From positions 116,792,846 to 116,856,845 of the forward strand of contig NC_068986.1 in the NCBI RefSeq assembly GCF_001194135.2: a stretch of DNA of 64,000 nt, given 5' to 3'. This DNA is from Octopus bimaculoides (Eukaryota). Position numbers and translations under genes: made by a program. Positions within the stretch are counted from its first letter, which is position 1. Each line of letters starts with the position of its first letter. Below are positions 14,120 through 64,000 of the stretch, in pieces. Below the pieces are notes generated by a model. The model was not told the DNA's origin. It was given only the letters and a program-made list of their open reading frames with translations, and did no database searches.

Positions 14120-14612
14120 CAATTATTTAAATAAAGAGAACAAAGGAAAGAAGGGGAAAAAAAGCAAGTAAGTAAATAAAGAAAAAAGAGGAAGAAATGC
14201 ATAAAAGGACAGATAAGCAATGTAAGATAACTTATTTTCATGCCTGTAGAATCGTATATTCCTTGTAGCTAGAGTCTCCCCTAAAGTCATGAAGTTGGCT
14301 GACCACAACAGTTCAACATTCACTTTGTAATTNNNNNNNNNNNNNNNNNNNNNNNNNNNNNNNNNNNNNNNNNNNNNNNNNNNNNNNNNNNNNNNNNNNN
14401 NNNNNNNNNNNNNNNNNNNNNNNNNNNNNNNNNNNNNNNNNNNNNNNNNNNNNNNNNNNNNNNNNNNNNNNNNNNNNNNNNNNNNNNNNNNNNNNNNNNN
14501 NNNNNNNNNNNNNNNNNNNNNNNNNNNNNNNNNNNNNNNNNNNNNNNNNNNNNNNNNNNNNNNNNNNNNNNNNNNNNNNNNNNNNNNNNNNNNNNNNNNN
14601 NNNNNNNNNNNN

Positions 14613-14659
<47 letters not shown>

Positions 14660-15110
14660 TTTATTTTAATAAAAAGGAAATCAATTATGTATATCAACTA
14701 TCATGTAGTTTAAAAGTTATCGTGTAGTTATAAAATGATACAATATACGTAGACATTCACAGATATACATATATAAGGAAAGATTGCATATTCTGGAGTT
14801 CGTATTGTACGGGTACGCAGTTTTTATCATTGACCAGGTTATGTTGTATCTTCTTTTCCATCAGACTCCATATTTGTTTGGCAAAGGATGTGTTGTGCCG
14901 TTCGTCTTTATTCTGAAATGATGAACGTAATTTAGCCATCGATTTTTGAAAGAACTAAAATTCTTTTGCAAGAATCTGGATAGTGCAACTGTATACGATG
15001 TTTTTTTTTTTTTTTTGAGACATTCATTTCTCAGAGGACATGCTGCTTCATTTCTACAATTACACTGTTTCTTTTCCTTAAACTTAAATTAGTCATTATT
15101 AGCATTATGT
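14120..15110 (-). mobile_element. Penelope-like element GIY-YIG endonuclease remnant, split by a gap and (CA)n
   Basis: KLRSSFQNKDERHNTSFAKQIWSLMEKKIQ and RFYRHENKL resemble PLE GIY-YIG C-termini. Confidence 0.55.
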
Positions 15111-15208
15111 GCTATCTGTATTATTAATACAGTAATCATTATATTTTCGTTTTATTATTATTATTATTATTGTTGTTGTTGTTGTTGTTGTTGTTGTCGT
15201 CGTCGTCG

Positions 15209-16770
<1,562 letters not shown>

Positions 16771-16773
16771 ACT

Positions 16774-16891
16774 GTCATGGTATTAGCTGTCAGAAGTGAA
16801 AGTAGAAAAATCTGACAAAGAACGTTACTGCTGGTTTGAGTTGATTCTTTGGCTACTGACAGCTAATACCATGACTGGCCGGAGCGAGCTA

Positions 16892-16980
<89 letters not shown>

Positions 16981-17296
16981 CTATCACTCGAAAGTTATTG
17001 GAACAAATTTGACACCTATATCCATGCGTTTGAAAACACACAGAGTATAAGGCTACTACTAAAGCAGAGTGGTCCCGAATGCGCAGTCGCGCGTCCGCGC
17101 TAGCTAGTCGTGAGCGGTCGATCCTATTATTTCTAAACTTCAAACTTCATTTGTTTTCTATTTTGATAAATTCTCTCTGTTGAAAATTATATTTTTATAT
17201 TTTAAATAATTTGCAATTTCAGAAAATATATTTTTATATTAAATTTGCGTTTTCTAATTTGATAAATTCTACGGACACAAACAGAGGTGAACGAGT

Positions 17297-17354
<58 letters not shown>

Positions 17355-17466
17355 GGGAGATAGTGAGATAGACAGACAGATAGATAGCTCCGGCCAGTCA
17401 GTAGCCAAAGAATCAACTCAAACCAGCAGTAACGTTCCTTGTCAGTTCTACTTTCAATTCTGACAG
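16774..17466. mobile_element. Foldback/MITE-like element with about 190-bp inverted arms containing microsatellites
   Basis: 16787-16990 is the reverse complement of 17292-17466; nested 20-bp inverted repeat 16774-16793/16856-16875. Confidence 0.75.
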
Positions 17467-18791
17467 TACCTACTGTAAGCTAATGGAGTGCTATGCTTTG
17501 GGTTCTCTACTTGTTCTAGTGACTCTCTCCCATCCCTGTATTATGTCTGCCTCTTCCCCATCACCCTGGTTCCACAGACTGCCCAACCACATCATATCTC
17601 TCACTGTCCTTCCTTTTCCCCAGTGACTATCATCTTTATTATTCCTACTACTCGCCGCTCCCATTTTTCTGCATTCTTTTCTCCCCCACTCCGCCAGCTA
17701 ATAGTTTTATTTCATCTTCCGTTTCACCCTACCCAGTTGGTCAGTCTGCCTCCCTATCCCTCATTTACCTTCCCATACAATCTTGCAAACCACCCACACA
17801 CCCACTTCTAATCAGCACGTGCTTTGTGCGACCACTTGGGTACCTTATCACCATTATCTATGTCTTGCATCTCCTACTTGTCATTTCCCCCTACTATATG
17901 TGAGCACCTATGCAGATCCCTTTTCAGGAAGCTGCTCTGCATCCCTCCTCATAGAAACCCCCTCGTCCCTAGCATGAAGCTAACCCCTCGCCTCCTCTAG
18001 GGATCATAGTTCCGCGAACTGCATAGGGACCTCAATAGTGCAGATGGTATGAAAAAAGTATCCAGTCCATGCTGCAAAACGGTTGGCATTAGGAAGGTCA
18101 TCCAGCCGTAAAAAAACCATGCCAAAGCAGATATTGGAGCTTGATGCAATCCATAGACACATCAGATCCCACCAAACCAACCAGCCATACCAGCATGAAA
18201 CGCGGACGTTAAATGATCATTAATCAACCAATCAGCCTTCGACGTGGTTGAACAACCTGTAGTGAAACTACCTCCCGCCATTAGATACAAACTACTATCG
18301 CCATTACATACAATCTTCTCATTTAAATACAAATAAATGCGAGCGTAGTAGAGAACCCATTCCTTGTCATCACGTGACTGATCATTATTCGAATCGGCAA
18401 CTTCTTCGAACCGTTCCCGCCAGAACGCAAACTGACCAATCACAGCCCTTAATAAGGTCACGTGATAGAGTATATTTCTGATATCTGGTGAGCCCCCTTA
18501 ACGCTATAAATAGATCAACTCATNNNNNNNNNNNNNNNNNNNNNNNNNNNNNNNNNNNNNNNNNNNNNNNNNNNNNNNNNNNNNNNNNNNNNNNNNNNNN
18601 NNNNNNNNNNNNNNNNNNNNNNNNNNNNNNNNNNNNNNNNNNNNNNNNNNNNNNNNNNNNNNNNNNNNNNNNNNNNNNNNNNNNNNNNNNNNNNNNNNNN
18701 NNNNNNNNNNNNNNNNNNNNNNNNNNNNNNNNNNNNNNNNNNNNNNNNNNNNNNNNNNNNNNNNNNNNNNNNNNNNNNNNNNNNNNNNNNN

Positions 18792-19338
18792 TGACAAGAG
18801 TTCTTAAATAGACAAGAAATTCTCAGCCAGCGACGAACATCTGTATAACAAGAATCACGGCCCGGCATCGATGCCACGACATCACAACTAGTGATCAGCT
18901 CTGCCACACTCAGCCAACTCACTTCACATACAAATTCATATTATTGTGTACTAACGAACTGGTATAATTGCTCACGTGTTATTTACTGACTCTCTTTCTA
19001 TCTGCTGTAATAATTCACATACACACACATGTATCACTTACATACACACTTTTCTTTGTATGACGGCCTGTCTTTGATTATATTCTTATATGTCGCATTC
19101 ACACTCTCACACAGACATACATCTTTAACGCTACAATAAATATCTCTGTTATTCATCTAATACGGTTGTGGTCTTTCATTACTGGTCATCTATGTTATCG
19201 TCGCATAACATATTTGTATATCATCATTAGATATATATTTGTATGTTCGACCATGTGACGCGTTTAAATAAAAGGAGTCCTCTGTTTTTCCATTCGTCAC
19301 CATTTCTCCTTTTTGAGTTCGCACGGTCGTACCTTACA
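18792..19338 (+). mobile_element. Probable solo LTR (left end lost in gap)
   Basis: About 550 bp, aataaa signals, ends ...cgtaccttACA, CpG content unlike the flanks. Confidence 0.35.
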
Positions 19339-19872
19339 AACCAATCCTAATCAATCGGTGACAGTAATAAGCACACGTGTTTAAATACAAACTTTACACA
19401 TAAACACACACACACACGCGCGGCATGTCTGTGTGGAAGCTTGCTTCCCAAACACATAATTCCGGGTTCAGTCCCACTGCGTGGCACCTTGGGCAAGTGT
19501 CTTTTACTATAGCTTCAGGCTAACCAAAGCCTTGTGTGTGGATTTAGTAGATGGAAACTGAAAGAAGCCCGTCGTGTATATGCATGTGTGTGTCTTTGTG
19601 TCTGTGTTTGTCCACCACCACCGCTCGACAACCGGTGTTAGTGTGATTACGTCCCCGTAACTTAGCGCGGTTCGGCAAAGAGCCTGACAGAATAAATATA
19701 TGTGTGTGTGTGTCTTTTTTCAATCTTTTGTCTTATGGCCGGTCAGAAAATTAACATTTATTTCACGTACACACACGCACACACGCGTGATATATATTCG
19801 TTTCAGGTCCTATTGTATAGACTGGCACATGTATTCTGCAGTTAAAGTTAATTATGCATGCACCGCCTTTTC

Positions 19873-19886
19873 GTTTCTAAGGTGAT
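19873..19886. promoter_or_regulatory. Candidate RFX X-box upstream of a putative DZANK1 5' exon
   Basis: GTTTCTAAGGTGAT (reverse complement ATCACCTTAGAAAC) matches GTYNCYATRGNAAC at 12 of 14 positions; CpG-rich context. Confidence 0.4.
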
Positions 19887-19889
19887 TTG

Positions 19890-19964
19890 TTTACTACGGA
19901 TACGAAACTTGACTTAACCTGTTTGATGACACGAGCTCTCTTCGCGAAAATTATCTGTTGCAAA
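19890..19964 (+). other. DZANK1: Putative upstream (5'UTR) exon of DZANK1; start uncertain
   Basis: c1 has a splice acceptor, so an upstream exon is expected; a perfect AAA|GTAAGT donor lies at 19965-19970 in a CpG-rich island. Confidence 0.4.
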
Positions 19965-20514
19965 GTAAGTAAATTTAATATCAAAGTAAGATTAAACAGA
20001 AAGGACACTGTTATAAGCTGTTGTCAAATATATTGTCAATATTACCACGTGCAATTTTTGTGAAGTTTATTTTTGTTTTTCGTTGTAAAATGTAATTTTA
20101 AGCGTTACAATTGACTACTTAAAACTCCCATCGCGGGAGCCCGAACGTGGTCGCTTGGCTTGTTAGTAAATAGTGGGCAAATCTCCCGTAAGCAACATCC
20201 TTCTGTCATGAAATAAAGGACGAAGTTTCAACGTTTAATAGTTAATTTGGTAGAAAATTATCCACCAACAACTTTGGCCACCATTGTGAATTATATATAT
20301 ATATATATATATATGCTGGATACGGGCTCTCTCAAAAGTGTCGATCCCCTCCTTATGGGGAAAGCTTAATCTGTAATGTTTGCAGTCGTGTATGCTTGTC
20401 AAGAGCAGGGCTCATTAGCCACCAACGGAGCCGCAAATGCAAAATATAAGTTAGTCCTAGAGCGCACAATGTTCCTGAAGGTCAGCAATGGTCTTCCTCG
20501 GTCACGAGTCGATG

Positions 20515-20592
<78 letters not shown>

Positions 20593-21329
20593 CCCATGAA
20601 TTTTAAAAGCGTTGTTTTTCATGCTTAGAATTAGCGTAAACTACGAACATCAGCTGTTAGCTGTCAGGACACTGAATCCTTCAAAGATTCCATGCTTCCT
20701 GAAATTCACCAACATTACTCCTGACATATCTATGCATCCTTTCCTCGTAATGACTCTTTTAATGTTCACTTTTCTGTCTTTTTGTGTTTTATTCTGTGTA
20801 CTGTGCATGTATTTCTTGCTTTCATTACTTTCTTACTTTACTTGACTAATATGTCTGCTTTCTGTGACCTAAACTTTTCTGACGTGCTGCAGTATACCTG
20901 GACTCAGTATTTTGCCTTTTTCGCTGCTTTCGCGGATTCGCATGACTCTCTGTCGCCATCCAATTCCATTCTAACGAATTTGAATTGGGAACTTGAGTCA
21001 ATGCATCTTTTTTTTTAGCTGATTACACAACCATGGACACCACCTCTGTGGATGTATTGAAGTTACTCTCTTGATTGAGCTTGTGGAATTCCTTCAGTCA
21101 GCATCAATGTAAGAAGCACTGTTGGCTCAGTTGAGCTCTTCCACTACCTCTTCACAATCGCCATGCTGCAGCCCCATGACTTCGCCATTTCCTTGGTAGG
21201 GTAGCTGAACAGGTACTATGCTTTGCAAAAGAGCAGTCTGTAACTACACAGGGCACAGTCGTCACTCGTGAGGTATTTTCAAAATATCTGCATACCCATA
21301 CGTATTGTATACTGTAAGCTTTTTATTAT

Positions 21330-21540
21330 TAACATTATTATTCCCTCTGCCTTAGTGAAGGTGGAGGTATTCTTTTCAGTTGTGTTTGTTTGTCCATGGA
21401 CAAGATATCTCAAGAACTGCTGGATAGATTTGGATGAAACTTTCCAAAATGTTTGGCCTCATGACTGGCACAAACTGATTAGATCTTGGGATTGATCCAG
21501 TACCAGACAAGGATTCTGGATTATTTGTTATATTTACTTT
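21330..21540 (+). mobile_element. Helentron-associated non-autonomous element (HINE/DINE-like)
   Basis: tattccctctgcc-ttagtgaa-ggtggagg subterminal hairpin, then tgtttgtttgtcc and gatttggatgaaactt, typical HINE organisation. Confidence 0.55.
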
Positions 21541-21799
21541 ACATGAAGTATTACGATCTTACGTTGACTTTCAAGTCTTTCTCTGATTATCTCCCTTGAA
21601 AGCACGCTCATGGTTTCCGCATAAGCTATGGTGGCGTTGCTGTTTCTGAAGTTTTATTTTCGTTTCTCTATTATTAATTTTACTCACATCTCTATCTTCG
21701 TAGAAACTGATGAATAAAGAAATCAAACTTCATAAACAAATAGCAGCAAAACCGTTCAGAAATTAAATAACACTAACATATTCAGTAACATATGCTGTA

Positions 21800-22900
21800 T
21801 TAATAATACACATAGCACTAGAAAGGTATACATGGCATCATAATCAAGTCCTCGGCGTCATAAGCGCAGCACTCAAGGAGAAGATCGAGGGATACAATAG
21901 GAGAGAGTACCCAAAAGTGGAAAAACGCAGGAAAATATACTTCCAGAAGGAAGGAAAAGGACATAAGACCAGGCCTCCAAATAAAATATACGAGATAGAC
22001 GAAAGATGGAAGGGATACTGGGAGCTGGCCACGGATTTGGGAAGACTAGTAATATTTCCACTCATAAAAACGACAAAAAGACCACACTTAGCCCTATGGG
22101 ACAGAGAACGGAGAATAGGAATCTTGCTAGAACTGACAGTACCATGGGAATTGAACATTGACAATGCAGAGAAACGAAAGGAGAAGAAGTACAAAAAACT
22201 AATCGAAGAGTGCAGAGAACAGGGATGGACTGTTGAGTATTACCATCTGGTAGTGGAGGCTATGGGCTTCATTGAAAGAAAAATGAAAACGCTATTCAAA
22301 AGAAGATTTGCATTTTCAAGCTCAGAACTGAGAAAACTGATAAGGAGGATACAGGAGGCGGTCGAAAAAGCCAGCTTCTATATATGGCTGAAGTGGGAAG
22401 ACCAAATATGGCTTGAAAGTCATAACATGCCGGCAGGAAAATAACATCATTAGGTGAGACAGGCTAACACTGAAGTAGCTTCGTTGATTGACAGGTGATG
22501 GTGTCGGTTAGAGAATGTGTGGGCTAAGATTACGCGCCCTCCATTAGTCAGTTAAAGTTTAGACAATGTCACATGACAACTTGCTGGGGCTGCCTGCTGG
22601 AGACTAGCAGCAGGTATTTAAAGGGAAATTTGACAAGACAGTCAGTCGGCCGCTGACACTCACTGACGCTGCATCGAAGAGGCCAGGGAACAGAAGGAAG
22701 AAGACATGCACTCAACACCAGAGCTGAAGACACCTCCAAAAGGAGGGGGTGGGCACGTCAAAACGGTAGAGGAGTAGGGGCCGATACCAGACGTGGTTCC
22801 TCCTGATGATGTCTTGAGCTAACTGGATCCTATAAAGGAGCTGTTGTGGTAGCAGACCACGAAACATGGTTGAAATTCCTACCTTAGAAGAGTTAGGTTG
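21800..22900 (+). mobile_element. HERO/NeSL-like restriction-endonuclease LINE, 5'-truncated; 3' boundary uncertain
   Basis: RYTWHHNQVL then KRPHLALW..ILLELTVPWE..KEKKYKKLIEECREQGW..VEAMGF..VEKASFYIWL (ORF 21917-22444; catalytic PD appears as PH). Confidence 0.85.
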
Positions 22901-23135
22901 AAGCTGCCCTCAATCTTATCTCTTGCACACATCTACACACCTCTGTCATAACATTTCAGCAATCTCACCAGCTCTACCGTTCAGTATGCCTGCACTGACT
23001 GTGGGTGAGCACGATATACGATAAAATTATTACCATTGAGAGAACAGTGCATGCTCTCAAAGTGACGCTGCTAAATTATGGGGATGTAAACACATCAACA
23101 CCAGTTGTCAAGCAGTAGTGGGGTACAAACACACA

Positions 23136-23202
<67 letters not shown>

Positions 23203-23964
23203 GACTGGCTTCTTTTAGTTTCTGTCTACAAAATCCATTCACAAGGCTTTGGTTGGCTTGAGGATCTAGTAAAAGACACTTGCCAAAGGTGCCACACGGT
23301 GGAAGTGAACTCAGAACCATGTGGTTGGGAAACAAGCTTCTTATCACACAGCCATGTTTGCACCTTATTGATATTTTCACTATCAAAGATTAATTCTGCT
23401 GTTATTGATTTTTCTGATCAGATTAGCTGCAAATCATTTGCTGTTTTGTGATCTGTGAAGTAGGGAGGAATAGAAGGCATTGGCAGAAAGCAATTTAACT
23501 TACACCTTTTAAGAGTCACAGTTGGCTGAACCTATGGAATATCTCAGACTGTTTGCTGAAGAGGTGAGAAATTTGTTCTGAATCACTGCTTCTGACTTGT
23601 GTCCGTATCAAGTTACTTTTACTATTTTGGTAGCAAACTGCATGGAACTACCTCTGGTTCCATTAAAGAAAATGTTTCTAAACTACTGTGATTACCATAA
23701 CACATGAAGTTGGTTCTGTTGTGTCACACAGCTTGCTAGAAATAGCTGCTAATCTCCCTCAAACCAATCCCTTCGTTAATCTTTAGAATTTGGTATATGT
23801 GTTCATATTACAATATGTATCTACACACACACACACACACACTTGGTGATTTTGGAGGAAGGGACAGAGCCCATGACCCTTGCAGGTCCTTCATGACTAC
23901 TCAGTTTGATGTTCACATAGACACACACATAGATACACACACATACACACACATACACATATGT

Positions 23965-24310
23965 AAAGGCACATGGCTTAGTGGTTAGAGCATCGAGCTT
24001 ACAATTGTGAGGTGGTGAGTTCGATTCCTGGACCGGGCTCTGTGTTGTGTTCTTGAGAAAGACACTTTATTTCACGTTGCTCCAGTTCACTCAGCTGTAG
24101 AAATGAGTTGCGATGCCACTGGTGCCAAGCTGTATCAGCCCCTTTGCCTTCCCCTTGGATAACATTGGTGGCTTGGAGAGGGGAGGCTGGTATGCATGGG
24201 CAACTGCTGGTCTTCTATAAACAACCTTGCTTGGACTTGTGCCTCAGAGGGTAACTTTCTAGGTGCAATCATCCCATGGTCATTCTTGACTGAAGGGGGT
24301 CTCCTCCAAT
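23965..24310 (+). mobile_element. tRNA-derived SINE (gcacatggcttagtggttagagcatcg..gagttcgattcc); related degenerate copy at about 38875-39135
   Basis: A box tggcttagtgg, B box gagttcgattcc, then tgtgttgtgttcttgag; no complete cloverleaf. Confidence 0.75.
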
Positions 24311-25480
24311 ATATATATTGGAGGAGAGCAGGAGTGGCTGCGTGGTAAGTAGCTTGCTTACCAACCACATGGTTCTAGGTTCAGTCCCACTGTGTGGCAC
24401 CTTGGGCAAGTGTCTTTTATTATAGCCTTGGGCCAACCAAAGCCTTGTGAGTGGATTTGGTGGACGGAAATTGAAAGAAGCCTGTCGTATCATCATCATC
24501 GTCATCATCGTCATTTAACGTCCTCTTTCCATGCTAGCATGGGTTGGACGATTTGACTGAGGACTGGTGAAACCAGATGGCTACACCAGGCTCCAATCTG
24601 ATTATATATATATANNNNNNNNNNNNNNNNNNNNNNNNNNNNNNNNNNNNNNNNNNNNNNNNNNNNNNNNNNNNNNNNNNNNNNNNNNNNNNNNNNNNNN
24701 NNNNNNNNNNNNNNNNNNNNNNNNNNNNNNNNNNNNNNNNNNNNNNNNNNNNNNNNNNNNNNNNNNNNNNNNNNNNNNNNNNNNNNNNNNNNNNNNNNNN
24801 NNNNNNNNNNNNNNNNNNNNNNNNNNNNNNNNNNNNNNNNNNNNNNNNNNNNNNNNNNNNNNNNNNNNNNNNNNNNNNNNNNNNNNNNNNNNNNNNNNNN
24901 NNNNNNNNNNNNNNNNNNNNNNNNNNNNNNNNNNNNNNNNNNNNNNNNNNNNNNNNNNNNNNNNNNNNNNNNNNNNNNNNNNNATATATATATATATATA
25001 TATATATATACGACGGGCTTCTTTCAGTTTCTGTCTACCAAATCCACTCACAAGCTTTTGGTTGGCCCGAGGCTATAGCAGAAGACACTTGCCCAAAGTA
25101 CCATACAGTGGGACTGAACCCAGAACCATGTGGTTGGAAAGCAAGCTTCTTACCATGCAGCCATGCCTGCACCTTAAATTTTCACTTCTGTTACAACAAA
25201 GCAGCTGAAATATGCAAGATCATTGATTAAATTTTGTGTGGTTTCTTCACTTGTAAGACTTGAAATCTGTGATTATATCTGGCAAAGATCAATGATCTTC
25301 AACTGCCCTACCTCCCAACCTTTTTCTCAGATTCCACAAACCTGGCCCCGATGTAGAGTAAAAATCCAAGATAACTCATTGATTTGTTTATCTTGAAAAC
25401 AACCCACTTTAGGCTCATGTTTGAAAAGTAACACGTTGTCTTATTTATTTTCCAGATTGTGTGTAGAGGGAGCTCTAACG

Positions 25481-63372
<37,892 letters not shown>

Positions 63373-64000
63373 CCTTTCTGACCAAGGGAGCTTGATGCAT
63401 TTCATGATGGCACCAATAGAAGAGCATACGAGGGATGCAGATATAAACACGCACACATTTATATTCAGAGGCCCTCCATAAGCTATTTTGTTTGGCTTAT
63501 GCTTCCTTTTCTTGTTTTGAGATTGCAGTTTTTTTGTCTCTTTTAATCTAATTCATAAAACCTATCTTTTATTGGTTTCAGTTAAATGTTTTTATTAATT
63601 GTTTTAACTCGGTACTTGTTTTACCTTACTGTTGAGGATAAAAAGCAAAGTAGACCAGGCACGAAGGCACAGAACCCACATTTTTAGTGCAAGTACTGAT
63701 TTCGCTGTTATATATTTAATGGCTTTCTGCCAGTTTCTAGCAACTAAATTTAACTTGCAAAGCTTTGGTGAATCTGACGCTGCTGTTGAAGAAACTTGCC
63801 CAAGGTACTACACAGTGGCATTAAACTCAGAAATATTTTATTGTAAATTGAACACAGCCATATTTATGCTCATTAATAACTTATCTTTTCACTTGTAAAA
63901 TTTAAGATTTAAAAAAAAATTCTTCACTTGTATATCTAACCACATTCTCAACAAGTAACATATTTAATATGAATACAAATATTTTTTTATCTAAAGCTGT

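Noticed and set aside
21917-22444. 175-aa ORF as a host gene
   Set aside because: It is the C-terminal endonuclease domain of a truncated HERO/NeSL-like LINE, with a non-ATG start and no splice context
23975-24050. tRNA genes (also about 33060-33137, 36570-36650, 38878-38950 and family A heads)
   Set aside because: tRNA-derived SINE heads: A/B boxes are present but there is no full cloverleaf, and each continues into SINE body sequence
63373-64000. DZANK1 polyadenylation site
   Set aside because: No canonical AATAAA seen; the ATTAAA near 63820 is inside a decayed SINE, so the 3'UTR probably continues beyond the window

Overview
AT-rich, microsatellite- and SINE-dense animal genomic scaffold with about 13 N-gaps. 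The repeat families look like those of an Octopus-type coleoid cephalopod (inference). The main gene is DZANK1 (double zinc ribbon and ankyrin repeat protein 1) on the + strand. I traced 18 coding exons by hand from ATG 25481 to TAA 63372, all with GT-AG junctions and consistent phases. One further exon is required by phase and probably lies in the gap at 34154-34488. A divergently oriented first coding exon on the - strand (10847-10981) encodes a signal peptide followed by '...KGRVE|' and most likely belongs to selenoprotein M; its other exons were not found in the window. The rest is retroelement and DNA-transposon debris: CRE-, HERO/NeSL- and R4/Dong-like restriction-endonuclease LINEs; RTE, CR1/L2 and ancient L1/Tx1 LINEs; Penelope-like fragments; at least 4 SINE families; piggyBac-like and Helentron-like non-autonomous elements; and foldback elements. 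The most notable non-gene signals are an apparently intact minimal hammerhead ribozyme antisense in a DZANK1 intron, further hammerhead-like motifs, long intronic hairpins near exons, a candidate RFX X-box promoter with a non-coding first exon, a 25-nt microexon and a candidate 45-nt cassette exon. All identifications are by eye and from memory of the families; no database search was run, and repeat boundaries are approximate. I found no evidence of a wholly new protein-coding system.
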